Source of the DNA: Chrysomallon squamiferum | Lineage: Eukaryota; Animalia; Mollusca | NCBI GenBank assembly: GCA_012295275.1 | Contig: CM022679.1 | Coordinates: forward strand, 13,950,001 to 14,014,000 | Length of the DNA stretch: 64,000 nucleotides | Reading direction: 5' to 3' | Shown: positions 25,908 through 38,990 of the stretch, piece by piece | How positions within the stretch are numbered: the stretch's first letter is position 1 | Layout: every line of letters begins with the position of its first letter | Made by a program: the position numbers and the translations under genes | Notes under the pieces: model-generated | What the model saw: only the letters and a program-made list of their open reading frames with translations | What the model was told of the DNA's origin: nothing | Databases searched by the model: none

Positions 25908-28900
25908 TATCAAGAGATAGATTCTAGGTGTGTGTTGTCATGAGATAAAGAAATAGACGCTTGGTGTGTGTTATAAAGAGACAGATGTTTGGTTTGTGTT
26001 ATAAAGAGACAGATGTTTGGTATGTGTTATAAAGAGATAAATGTTTGTTATGTGTTATAAAGAGACAGATGTTTGGTTTGTGTTATAAAGAGTCAGATGT
26101 TTGTTATGTGTTATAAAGAGACAGATGTTTGGTTTGTGTTATAAAGAGACAGATGTTTGGTTTGTGTTATAAAGAGACAGATGTTTGGTATGTGTTATAA
26201 AGAGATAAATGTTTGTTATGTGTTATAAAGAGACAGATGTTTGGTTTGTGTTATAAAGAGATATATGTTTGTTATGTGTTATAAAGAGACAGATGTTTGT
26301 TATGTGTTATAAAGAAATAGATGTTTGGTGTGTGTTATCAAGAGATATATGTCTGGTGTGTTTTATCAAGAGATAGATGTTTGGTGTGTGTTATAAAGAG
26401 ATATATGTTTGGTGTGTGTTATCAAGAGATATATGTCTGGTGTGTTTTATCAAGAGATACATTTTGGTATGTGTTATAAAGAGACATGTTTGGTTTGTGT
26501 TATAAAGAAATAGATGCTTTGTATGTGTTATCAAGAGATAGATGTTTGGTGTGTGTTATGAAGAGATATATGTTTGGTGTGTTTTATCAAGAGATAGATG
26601 TTTGGTGTGTGTTATCAAGAGATATATGTCTGGTGTGTTTTATCAAGAGATAGATGTTTGGTGTGTGTTATCAAGAGATAGATGCTTTGTATGTGTTATC
26701 AAGAGATAGATGTTTGGTGTGTGTTATCAAGAGATAGATGTTTGGTGTGTTTTATCAAGAGATAGATGTTTGGTATGTGTTATCAAGAGATAGATGTTTG
26801 GTGTGTGTTATCAAGAGATATATGTTTGTGTGTGTTTTATCAAGAGATAATGTTTGGTGTGTGTTATCAAGAGATAGATGTTTGGTGTGTGTTATAAAGA
26901 GATAGATGTTTGGTGTGTGTTATCAAGAGATAGATGTTTTGTTGTGTGTTATCAAGAGATAAATGCTTGGTATGTGTTATCAAGAGATAAATGCTTGGTA
27001 TGTGCTATCAAGAGATAAATGCTTGGTCTGTGTTATCAAGAGATAGATGTTAGGTATGTGCTATCAAGAGATAGATGTTAGGTATGTGTTATCAAGGGAT
27101 AAATGCTTGGTGTGTGTTATCAAGGGATAAATGCCTGGTATGTGTTATCAAGGGATAAATGCCTGGTATGTGTTATCAAGAGATAGATGTTAGGTATGTG
27201 CTATCAAGAGATAGATGTTAGGTGTGTGTTATCAAGAGATATATGTCTGGTGTGTTTTATCAAGAGATACATTTTGGTATGTGTTATAAAGAGACGTTTG
27301 GTTTGTGTTATAAAGAAATAGATGCTTTGTATGTGTTATCAAGAGATAGATGTTTGGTGTGTGTTATGAAGAGATATATGTTTGGTGTGTTTTATCAAGA
27401 GATAGATGTTTGGTGTGTGTTATCAAGAGATATATGTCTGGTGTGTTTTATCAAGAGATAGATGTTTGGTGTGTGTTATCAAGAGATAGATGCTTTGTAT
27501 GTGTTATCAAGAGATAGATGTTTGGTGTGTGTTATCAAGAGATAGATGTTTGGTGTGTTTTATCAAGAGATAGATGTTTGGTATGTGTTATCAAGAGATA
27601 GATGTTTGGTGTGTGTTATCAAGAGATATATGTTTGGTGTGTTTTATCAAGAGATAGGTGTTTGGTGTGTGTTATCAAGAGATAGATGTTTGGTGTGTGT
27701 TATAAAGAGATAGATGTTTGGTGTGTGTTATCAAGAGATAGATGTTTCATGTGTGTTATCAAGAGATAGATGTTTGGTGTGTTTTATCAAGAGATAGATG
27801 TTTGGTGTGTGTTATCAAGAGACAGATGTTTGGTGTGTGTTATCAAGAGATAGATGTTTTGTTGTGTGTTATCAAGAGATAAATGCTTGGTATGTGTTAT
27901 CAAGAGATAAATGCTTGGTATGTGCTATCAAGAGATAAATGCTTGGTCTGTGTTATCAAGAGATAGATGTTAGGTATGTGCTATCAAGAGATAGATGTTA
28001 GGTATGTGTTATCAAGGGATAAATGCTTGGTGTGTGTTATCAAGGGATAAATGCCTGGTATGTGTTATCAAGAGATAGATGTTAGGTATATGCTATCAAG
28101 GGATAAATGCTTGGTGTGTGTTATCAAGGGATAAATGCTTGGTGTGTGTTATCAAGGGATAAATGCCTGGTATGTGTTATCAAGAGATAGATGTTAGGTA
28201 TGTGCTATCAAGAGATAGATGTTAGGTATGTGTTATCAAGGGATAAATGCTTGGTGTGTGTTATCAAGGGATAAATGCCTGGTATGTGTTATCAAGAGAT
28301 AGATGTTAGGTATGTGCTATCAAGGGATAAATGCTTGGTGTGTGTTATCAAGGGATAAATGCTTGGTATGTGTTATCAAGAGATAAATGCTTGGTATGTG
28401 CTATCAAGAGATAAATGCTTGGTATGTGCTATCAAGAGATAAATGCTTGGTCTGTGTTATCAAGGGATAAATGCTTGGTATGTGTTATCAAGAGGTAAAT
28501 GCTTGGTCTGTGTTATCAAGGGATAAATGCTTGGTCTGTGTTATCAAGAGATAAATGTTTGGTGTGTGTTATCAAGGGATAAATGCTTGGTATGTGTTAT
28601 CAAGAGATAAATGCTTGGTATGTGCTATCAAGAGATAAATGCTTGGTATGTGTTATCAAGAGATAAATGTTAGGTATGTGTTATCAAGGGATAAATGCTT
28701 GGTGTGTGTTATCAAGAGATAAATGCTTGGTGTGTGTTATCAAGGAATAAATGCTTGGTATGTGTTATCAAGAGGTAAATGCTTGGTGTGTGTTATCAAG
28801 AGATAAATGCTTGGTGTGTGTTATCAAGAGATAAATGCTTGGTCTGTGTTATCAAGAGATAAATACTTGGTGTGTGTTATCAAGGGATAAATTCTTGGTA

Positions 28901-29053
28901 TGTGCTATCAAGAGATAGATGTTTGGTGTGTGTTATCAAGGGATAAATGCTTGGTATGTGCTATCAAGAGATAGATGCTTGATGTATGTTATCAAGGGAT
29001 AAATGCTTGGTATGTGCCATAAAGTGATAGATGCATAATATGTGTTATCAAGA
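25908..29053 (+). repeat. 28-bp minisatellite, about 110 units, consensus TTATCAAGAGATAGATGTTTGGTGTGTG
   Basis: Period measured directly (ATAAAGAG at 25973 and 26001). Units are head-to-tail with no spacers. Confidence 0.98.
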
Positions 29054-29479
29054 AGCAGACGGTAAAATCTGAGTAACTCATCATGAGTGTAAATATATTT
29101 TAAAGGATTTACTGAAGCATATGTTAACCCATTTTTTAACTAACAACAATATTATTAACGCAAATAAAATCTAGAATTTGAAAAAAAAAAAAAAAAGATT
29201 TTGTATTGTGTCCTGTCAGCAAAAACAGTTTCTAACTCTCTTTAAAATATATATCTTTAAAATAAACAAAAGAAGACACTTGTTTAGTTTTTCAATGTAT
29301 CTGACCTTGACTGTTACTTGCTATTAATCTACTTACTACTTTCAGCTTCTGTATCTGCACCCGAGTCATTATGTTACAAGTGTTTGATTGATAAAACCAC
29401 TAACAGGCCAGTCAGAGATCTTCTTCTTTTTTAAAAAAAAAACACTACTATGGAAAAAAAAGACGTGTGTAATATGATA

Positions 29480-29700
29480 ACAGTAACGGATTATAAAATG
29501 GGATCAGTTATGGCTTGTTTGACAAAGTCAGTTTTTCTTTCTCAGGGCAAGAGTAAGTTAATTTTCCACTCTGTCTGGCCTAATGAGCTGATGATGCTGC
29601 TGACAAAGCCGTCTGCGTAGCAAAGTGGAACATCCACCCGGGGTGTGAAGGATCGCACTCAAAGAATCAGCTCATTGTTCTCGTGGCTTTTTGTGTTCCC
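29480..29700. promoter_or_regulatory. Candidate cis-regulatory island
   Basis: Higher GC/CpG complex sequence with TGACA, CTAATGA, GGTGTGA (T-box-like) and CATTGT (Sox-like) motifs. Confidence 0.3.
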
Positions 29701-29829
29701 CTATAGACTAAATTACACTCCTAGAAAACTCTTTTGTATTGTTAGTGACATTTTTATTTTTTTTTTTTTTTTTATTTCACAAAATGAGAGGTGTCATTGG
29801 GGTTGGGTAAATTTTGTTTAAAAAAAAAA

Positions 29830-29863
<34 letters not shown>

Positions 29864-30625
29864 ACAAATATCTTTGGATGGGTTATAAATATCTATTATG
29901 GTTAATGTATGTAAGTAGGACAAAGAAATTTAAATAAATATTATCTTGACTCATTTTGGTGTGGTTTTTTTTTTAACTTTTTTTAAACTTTTTTTTTAAC
30001 TTTTTTTTTTTAACTTTTTTTTTGATTGATGCACATTACCTGGTTAAAAACTAACAAGTATCTTGTTTGTTTATTTTAAAGATATGTGCTCTTTAACAGA
30101 TAGTTAGAAACTCAGTGCTGTTATCAAATTTTGGTTTCAGTTGTACATTATGTATCAGTAGCAGATTTGTTACATAGACTGACTTCACAGCTCTGACTTC
30201 TGTGTAGAACTTACAGACACCAGTACTGAGACTGCACTAGGATTAACATTTGGTATTTCAGTATATTTCAGCTCTAAATAGATACACATGTACATTCATG
30301 CATGAATTTAATTATGATCGTGACTCAAATGTAATGATGCATACATACAGACATATAAATTACATGCACCGGTTTACAAACACACCCATTTTTATATCAT
30401 CAAATCATGCATATTTATAACATACATATAGAATGATGTGCAGTCAAATGCAGATACAGACACATACAGATAGATTGTTAGATGCACAGTTTCAAACACA
30501 TAAAACCCCACGAAAACACATACACATGTTCGCATGCACAGTGAAATGCACACACACAGACACACACTGGCATGCACTAAATCAAATATTCTCACAGATA
30601 TCTAGTTACGTGCAAATGCACGTGT

Positions 30626-30669
<44 letters not shown>

Positions 30670-31064
30670 AGACACACACACACACACACACACACACACT
30701 CAGACACACACACACACACACACACAAACAATAGGGACCTTGTCGAATACAGTGACTGCAGTTAAATGTTAAAGTATATTATTATCATTTGAATACATAT
30801 GGAGAAAATATTCAGCTAATAACCAGGACTTCCAATGGAAATTTTGTTTCATATGTAAAATTCTATTTACCTTAGGCTCTCACACACACTCTGCCATTTA
30901 TACACATTCATACATACATACATACATATGTACATACTAATACACCTATGTATATACAAACACTCATACATACATCTACACACATACACACATATAAATA
31001 CATATATATACACATATACACACATATACACACAAATACACACATACATATCCATTTAGAACAC

Positions 31065-31354
31065 CTAATAACCAAAATATGGTAACAGAAGTTTTCTTTT
31101 CACTGTCCTAAAATGTAAATCATCTTTATTAAGATACACAGTATCGGTTAGACTATACATACATAGGAGTAGATTATTTATTAACCAATATACTGAACCA
31201 AAATTTTCTTTTCATTGTCCTAAAATGTAAATCATCTTTTCTATGGTAACAGAAGACAATATCAGCTGTAATACATATACGTTTAATAACCAAAAATTAA
31301 ATTTTCTAAAATATAAATCACCTTTGCCTATATACACACAACATAACATCAGTT

Positions 31355-31395
<41 letters not shown>

Positions 31396-31830
31396 ATAGA
31401 TGTAGTTTGTTTACCATTCAATATACAGAACAAAAATTTACTTTTCTTAAATGTAAATCAGTTTTATCTTGGACTTAATACATAGAATACAATGACAGTT
31501 ATACAAACACATACAAGTGGACATTCTAATAACCAATGTACTGAACAAAAATTTACCTTTTTTAAATGTAAATCAGTTTTATCTTGGACTTAATAAATAG
31601 AACACAATAATAGTTATAACCCAAACACATACAAGTGGATATTCTAATAACCTGAACAGAAATTTACTTTTCTTTAATGTAAATCAGATTTGTCTTGGAT
31701 TTGATACACAGGACATAAAATTTATTATAATAGACACACATAGGAGTGGATAGTCTAATACACCAAGCACAAATTTAATCTTTTCATTGTCCTAAAATGT
31801 AAAAATCACCTTTTTCTTCAGTACACATAA
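31065..31830 (+). repeat. About 7 diverged ~95-140 bp tandem units, one interrupted by (CA)n
   Basis: TAA(A)ATGTAAATCA-like words recur near 31109, 31221, 31308, 31448, 31563, 31675 and 31793, with shared ACTGAACAAAAATT and CATACAAGTGGA. Confidence 0.8.
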
Positions 31831-32371
31831 CAAAATATGAGTTATAGTAGAGCGAAGAGAAGCCAGTAAGAAAGGTATTAGGAGAGAAATATTTCAATGA
31901 GGGTGGTCTTTTCTCTTTATCTGATGTATTTTGTGACCTCTCTCTTTCTATTTATCTCTAGCTTGTTCAGCGTTCACTCCTAATTTGTATTTTCCATGAC
32001 TTTTTTATATATATTCTTTTCCAGGTCATAGCAGTCATAGAAACATTAAGATTAATCTTGTGTATTTTTTTTTTTTTTTTTTTTTAAAACATTTTCAATG
32101 ATAAAATTAAGTTTATGTTAAAGTACATGGTTTTTTTTTATGAGCGTCTAACAATTTTCATCTATTATATATGTGTTGGAATTTGACTCCATGAGTATGT
32201 ATGTTTGTATGTATGTGTGAGAGAGAGACAGAGTTTGTATGGGCGTTTACCTGTGAATAGAAAAATGGGAAAGTAAAAAAAAAAGAAAAAGAAAAAAATG
32301 CAGTTTTTTTCTTCTTTTTTTTTTTTGCATTTTAATTTTTTTTTAAATATAGATAAACACACACTCAAACA

Positions 32372-32417
<46 letters not shown>

Positions 32418-32427
32418 TTTCTTTCTC

Positions 32428-32515
32428 AACCCACATCAGTGGTTTATTGAAAGTCAAGGTATATGTTTTCCAGCGCATGGGAAAGTGCACAAGAAAAATC
32501 ATTTCTTGCTAACTC
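32428..32515 (+). mobile_element. SINE core fragment
   Basis: TGGTTTATTGAAAGTCAAGGTATATGTTTTCC...TGGGAAAGTGCACAAGAAAAATC...CTTGCTAA. Confidence 0.45.
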
Positions 32516-32856
32516 AACTTGTTGCAGATATTCCTAATAATAACAGCAGCAGCAACAACAACAACTACAACAACAATATATGATTTATTCAAGTGGCTGC
32601 AGGCCAACTTTTGTACATGAGAAGGAAAGACACTCGCAAGATCAAAGATAAGAAAACAATGAGGGCTATTATGAAAAATAACACACTAGTAGGAGTTAAT
32701 AACACAGGTAATCTCACACTAATAGATACTGTCATAAGACACAGGCAGCTGAGTAATTACAAATGTCTGATAATTATTAGAGAGGCTGGATCAATCAATT
32801 AATTGGTTACAAATGAGTGAAAGATTCCAGCAGTAACGTTAAGCTGTGTAATGAGT

Positions 32857-32889
<33 letters not shown>

Positions 32890-34789
32890 ACACACACTTA
32901 CACACATATATATTTGTTCTTCACTTTTTGTAATATATCTATTTTTTTAATTTATTTTTTTGTTTATTATTTTTATTTTATCTCTTATTGCTTATACTGG
33001 AATTTAAAATAATATTTATTTTATTATTTATTTATTTATTTATTTATTTATCAATTTTATTTATTATTTTATTTTATTTTATTTACTAATTTATTTTACT
33101 GGTTCATTTTTTCAATTTTAGAATCTTATAAAAAATAGTAGTGTACATAGATTCATAAAAATAAAGAAAACAAATTTGTCTTGGTTTCAAAATAAGCAAG
33201 ATGAAGTAAATTTAATCTCTAAAAATTTAATATTTTATTACAGATATTTTAATTTGTGTTTAAAGAAACAAACAACAGTAAAGTAAAATAAACCATTAAA
33301 ATTATTATCAACTTTAATAATAATATTATTATTAACATTATTATTATATCTATTATTATTATTAACTGATCAGCCTGTCTTTACTTAAGCAGATTGACTT
33401 AGATAATAAAAAGGTGATACTAAGGCGTAGACATTCTTTCTTGAACATCTTACTTCCTATGTAATTTCAGTAACATATAATTTGTAAGATGATATTACAT
33501 ATTAACAGGTATAATTTGATTAATAATACTGCAGCACTTTACAACATAAAAAAAAACACCCAGTCTCTCTCCCATGTAATTTCCACATTCTCAAATACAT
33601 ACACTTTGTTAAGAAACAGTATTCCAGTTACAAAGTGAAGTAGCTACATATATATATATATATATATATATAATGGAATGTCTTTACTATGTAATTTTAT
33701 TAATCTCAAATGTAGATATTTTTCTAAGACTACGTCACCCATAGGTATACTTTGATGAATAATAGTGTGGTAATATATAGTGTAAATTACAGTGTTTATA
33801 TTGAATGTTGTGCAATAGTTCTGTTATGTAGATGTTTTGCTGAGAAGGTTACCTATAAATGTAATCAGATGATTATATTACAGTATTATACAAAAATAGT
33901 ACTTCTGTATTGTTTATACAGTTTAATTGATATCAAATGCAAATAGTTTTTGCTGTGATAATATTACTTATGGGTTTGATTTGAAGAATAATATTGCAGC
34001 AATATGCTGAATAAAGTACACTAAGATATAGACTGTTTTTTTGGTTTGTTTTTTAACAACATAATTCAGCTAAAATGTTGATAATTTGCTTTGAGTATAT
34101 TACTTGTATGTTTAATTTGTTGAATAATATTGCAGTAATACAGTATATACATTATACTGTTTATAAGGAAATTATGTAATTCATGTTCATTAGTCTGATG
34201 TGTAGATATAAGGATGTCATTAAACAATCATTCATTCTTTCATTCAGATGTCAATAATTTATTAAAAAGCACCACAACATAATATTACAGCTGTATACAG
34301 GAAGAGAAATGGATGATATTAACAAACCCCTGTATAATTATAATAATATCAGATTTGTTAAGAACATAATGGAGCTGTTATTTGTTGGAAAATATTGCAG
34401 TAATTTAAAGTCAAACATAAAAATGTGTAATATTTTATCACATGTATAATTTCAATATTCTGAGACATACATGTTGCAAGAAATGATTATATATATATAT
34501 TACATGTGTGTGTGTGTGCGCATGTGTGCATGTAATTTGTTGAATAGAAATATAGTTATTTACAGTATAAAGTGAGCCATATGATAAATATAAAATAGTT
34601 TTAAGCAGTTTTATAATCATTAAACACATTACCCACCCTTGTGTGTTTTAAATGATGAATATCTGTAAATATGATTTTTTTTAATAGAACGTTTCAAGTA
34701 ACAGAATATTTGGTATAATTATAATTATTACTGCTACTGTTGTTATTGTTATTTTTATTATTATGGTTTTGTTTTTATTGATATTGTTG

Positions 34790-34940
34790 TCTTGTTTTTG
34801 TTGTTGTTGCTAGTTGTAGTAATAGAAGTAGTAGTAGTAGTTGTAGTAGTAGTAGTAGTAGTAGTAGTAGCAGTAGTAGTAGTAGTAATGATAGTAATCG
34901 TAGTAGTAGTAGTAATCATAGTAATCGTAGTAGTATCATT
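34790..34940 (+). repeat. (GTT)/(GTA)n trinucleotide tract
   Basis: Direct reading. Confidence 0.9.
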
Positions 34941-35227
34941 CATTCCTTAAATAAATAATGGGACTCAGGCCAAGCAGATCCTCTGTGTGTTATTTTTCAT
35001 AGTGGATGAGTTAATTATCTTCCATTAATCCACACTTGTGAGTGCTCTCTCATAGTTAATCCACTGCCTACAAGATATACAGCACAGCAGACACATCTCC
35101 ATTTCATAACACATCAATTACAATTTGGATTAAACCAGTTATAAATTTTGAGAAAAATACTAAATCAAATGTGATTACTTTATCTGAGATTTTTTTTTTT
35201 TTTTTACTCTTTGATCTTGTTCAGTAA

Positions 35228-35695
35228 AGATTTGTGTAAAATGATTTGTAGACAGTTAATATAACAGGTATGACATTAGATTTACATAAAATAATAAGAA
35301 AATTAATGTAACAGTGTGATGTCAGATTTGTGTAAAATAATCAACAGTTCATGTAACAGCAAGACATCAGATTTGTGTAAAATAATCAACAGTTAATGTA
35401 ACAGTATGACATCAGATTTGTGTAAAATAATCAACAGTTAATGTAACAGTATGACATCAGATGTAAAATAATCAACAGTTAATAAAATAATCAACAGTTA
35501 ATGTAACAGTTAATGTAACAGCATGACATCAGATTTGTGTAAAATAATCAACAGTTAATGTAACAGCATGACATCAGATTTGTGTAAAATAATCAACAGT
35601 TAATGTAACAGTATGACATCAGATTTGTGTAAAATAATCAACAGTTAATGTAATAGCATGACATCAGATTTGTGTAAAATAATCAACAGTTAATG
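35228..35695 (+). repeat. 45-bp minisatellite, about 10 units (ATGACATCAGATTTGTGTAAAATAATCAACAGTTAATGTAACAGY)
   Basis: Period measured at 35406/35451 and 35568/35613. The 5' units are more diverged, and there is internal slippage at about 35460-35520. Confidence 0.95.
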
Positions 35696-36219
35696 GAACT
35701 GTGGTCAAAGTGGTCAAGGGTTAAGAATTATTGGATTCCTTTTATAAAAGATGAAAGTATGTGGAGAAGAACAGTTACATCTTGAAAAAAACAACTGATT
35801 TATATATGAATTTATGATAAAATCACAGTGACCACTAGGTAAATGTCTGCTAATGATTGCTGCAAATGGCTGTCTGGATATTTCAATAAAAAAAATAACT
35901 GTGGTAAATGTATGGGAGACCTATGAATGGAAATAAATATATATATATTAATAGACAATAAGAATAAAATTGATGTATGATGAAATAGGTCATAAACAAC
36001 ATAAAAACAGTGGAAATGCGTTTTCATCATGTGTAAGCATGCATAACACATTTCACTTAAGGATAGGTGATTTTTTTCTATAATCATAAATTTAACACCA
36101 TAAAAAAGATATAATTGTTGACTAAATGTGTTTTTGAGAGTTTCATTAAATAAAACATATATTTATTCTTTTTCCTTTCTGTTAAAGAAGTTGACAAACT
36201 GTCAATTGTAACACATCCA

Positions 36220-36490
36220 CGTGTAGCCTCTGGTCATTCCTGGGGTCAAACTGTGGACATCCGAAACCTTTGTGTGATGCACATGGGAAACTGCTGGACC
36301 AGACAAAGGGTGAGGAACTGGAAGCAGGCAGTGGGGAGGATAAAGAGGGGTGTCATTGTTTAGTCTGTATTGTGTAGAACCAGGTGACTCCGTTGTCACC
36401 TGGAAAACGGTTACAGACGTTTTTACTGTCAGGAGCATAGGTTAGAAGCAACAACTGACAGGAAGTGAGGGGAAGGTCAAGGTCATGCAT
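36220..36490. promoter_or_regulatory. Candidate enhancer with inverted E-box pair, TALE, ETS and DR0 motifs
   Basis: CCAGGTGAC-tccgtt-GTCACCTGG at 36380-36403, CTGTCA near 36426, TGACAGGAAGTG at 36456-36467 and AGGTCAAGGTCA at 36474-36485. Confidence 0.45.
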
Positions 36491-37158
36491 ATTTTTTTTT
36501 TTTTTTTTTTTTTTTTTAATTGCTTTATTTGAAAAGAAAAGAAAGAAAATAAAGAAAGTTGTAATAAAATGAAAAAAGAATCTCAAGGGAATTTAAAAAA
36601 AATAACTTGTTAATGTTGCTACTAAATACAACTCTGTTGTCTGCTGAAAAAAAAAAAGTTGATTACTTAAATATGTAGAAAAAATGTAATTAGAAGATTA
36701 AGCCAGTGTTTCTGTTTGTTTTATCATTTTCCCTTTTTTTTTCTTCTTCTTCTTCCTCTTCTTCATTTTTTTTTTAATTAATTTTTTTTGTTGTTGTCAT
36801 TTGTTTGTTTTAAAAGCATATTATTTAATTAATTTATTTCATATTAAAAAGAAATTTCTCAGTCAGAAAGAAATATTGTATTTAAATTCATTGTTATCTT
36901 TTTTTTTTCATTAATTTGTCATAACATTAACTCTTATACTCCAGCTTAAAATAATGAATGTTCTTTTAAATGTTCACTGGTGTTGGGTATCAAACATAAT
37001 AATATTTGCTGATTTTTTATAAACAAAAAAATTGTATTGTTTTTATAAGGATGATATCATTATTTTCAAAAACAACAATAACAAAATCACACATTATAAA
37101 ATACAAATCAGCAACAGGGTTTCCTTTCCATCAGTTTGTTGCTTAAGTAAATAAAATT

Positions 37159-37228
37159 AAAATAAAATAAAATAAAATAAAAGAAAAGAAAAGAAAAGAA
37201 AAGAAAAGAAAAGAAAAGAAAAGAAAAG

Positions 37229-37261
<33 letters not shown>
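37159..37261 (+). repeat. Compound pentanucleotide (AAAAT)n(AAAAG)n(AAAAC)n
   Basis: Direct reading. Confidence 0.95.
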
Positions 37262-37262
<1 letters not shown>

Positions 37263-38759
37263 ATAATAAACAGTATATTCAGTTCTTTCAGATAACATTT
37301 TTTTTAAAAGTAAGTTCAAATATGCCTGTCATAGGCCTAAATACTGACTTCACCAGAGAAATGTATCAAAAACAGATTTACTTTTTTTTTTTGTATTATC
37401 ATCATTAATGCTATCATCATCATTATTATCATGATCATTGTGATCATAGTATCATTTCATCACCGTGATCATATCATAATCATCACCACCATTATTATCA
37501 TTACAACATTTCAGATTTCATCATCATCATCATGTTATTATCATTAACATTATTGCTGTAATTTAATGAGCTACAGTGGCACCTTGATCCCAGAACGTTC
37601 TGCTGTTTTACCCCCCCCACCCTACGAAAAACCCCGCCCCCACCACCTTTCATTCAAGATGAAAGAATCTCGTTCACAAACCGCACATTCATGTTGTCAG
37701 GTGTATGTATGTATATCTGTTATCACATCTTGTTCTCAGATATTTAACAGTCCTTTTTTTTTTTTTTTTTTTTTTCCCCCATGCTGTGACCTAGGCTCAC
37801 TAGTGATTGAGGTGGTGTTGGATAAACAGTATGTAGATTAAAGACACAGTCCTCCTTCGAATCAATATACTCTTCTCTCTCTGTCTTTATGAGCTCTTAG
37901 CTTCTCCCAGTTGTTTGGTCTCTCAGTGGTGCAGGTTAAATATTTGTGTTATTTGAATAAAATCCACAAATGTAAACCTTAATCGGTTCTGATTTTTGAT
38001 GGCTGTCACCATTGTGCTGTTGTTGAAGTACGAATGTTTACTACAGAGATTGGTTTAAGAATAATTTAATTTGTTTGTGCAAGTAATGGCAGGTGTAAGT
38101 TGGTTTTATAAAAAAAAAAGTATACAGAATTTGTGTTACGAAAGACTGTTGTTGTTTTTGTGTTATTAAAAAGTGTGTAGAATTTGTATTGAAAAACGGG
38201 TTGATTTTGATTAAGTTGTTAAATTTTCTTTTTTAATTTTTTACTAAAAAATGGATTTTTAGTTAAGTATTTAAATTTTGTTTTTTTAGAAAGAGTGTTG
38301 ATTTACAAAGTATTTTTAATTTCTATTGAAAAAGAGTGTTGATACTGTATTGAAAAAATGTTGATTTTCTTAAGTATTTGTATTGGAAAAGCATTGATGT
38401 TATAAAATATTTAGACTGCAAATTAAAGAATGTTTGTTTTGTGAGCATATTTGTGCTTGAATTAAAGATTTTTAAAAAAGTGTTGACTTTAAAGAATATT
38501 TAAAATTTGCATTGCAAATCAACATATTGTCACTTGAATAGTGAAACTGAAAACAGTATTTAGACAGTAAAAAATAGCTGATTTACTGACATGTTTGCAC
38601 TCCATACAGAACTTGTGTTGACTTATTTAAATAAATTCATACCTCTCTGACACTTGAACAAATGTCATTTTAATAAAAAAAATAAAAAAAATTAATAAAG
38701 AAAAACAAACATTCTTTCTTTTATTGCAAATTTATAGAAATAAATAAAAATAAAGAATA

Positions 38760-38990
38760 GTAACATACATACTTTCTTGACAGATTAAAAGTAAAGTATA
38801 ATTAAAATACATTTGTACATTTGAGGCAAATTAAAAAGAAATAGTAGACTTCAATTATAACATTCATACTTTTCAGTTTAATTAAAAATAATGGTAGATT
38901 ATAATAAAACATTCATACTTTTGAGGCAAGTTAAAAATAATAGTAGACTATAATTAATACATTCATACTTTTGAGGCACATTAAACATTT
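38760..38990 (+). repeat. Diverged ~55-bp tandem repeat, 4-5 units
   Basis: ACATTCATACTTTTGAGGCA...TTAAAAATAATAGTAGACT recurs. Confidence 0.75.

Noticed and set aside
25908-29053. CRISPR-like array (28-bp repeat)
   Set aside because: Units are head-to-tail with no unique spacers, there are no cas genes, and the context is eukaryotic.
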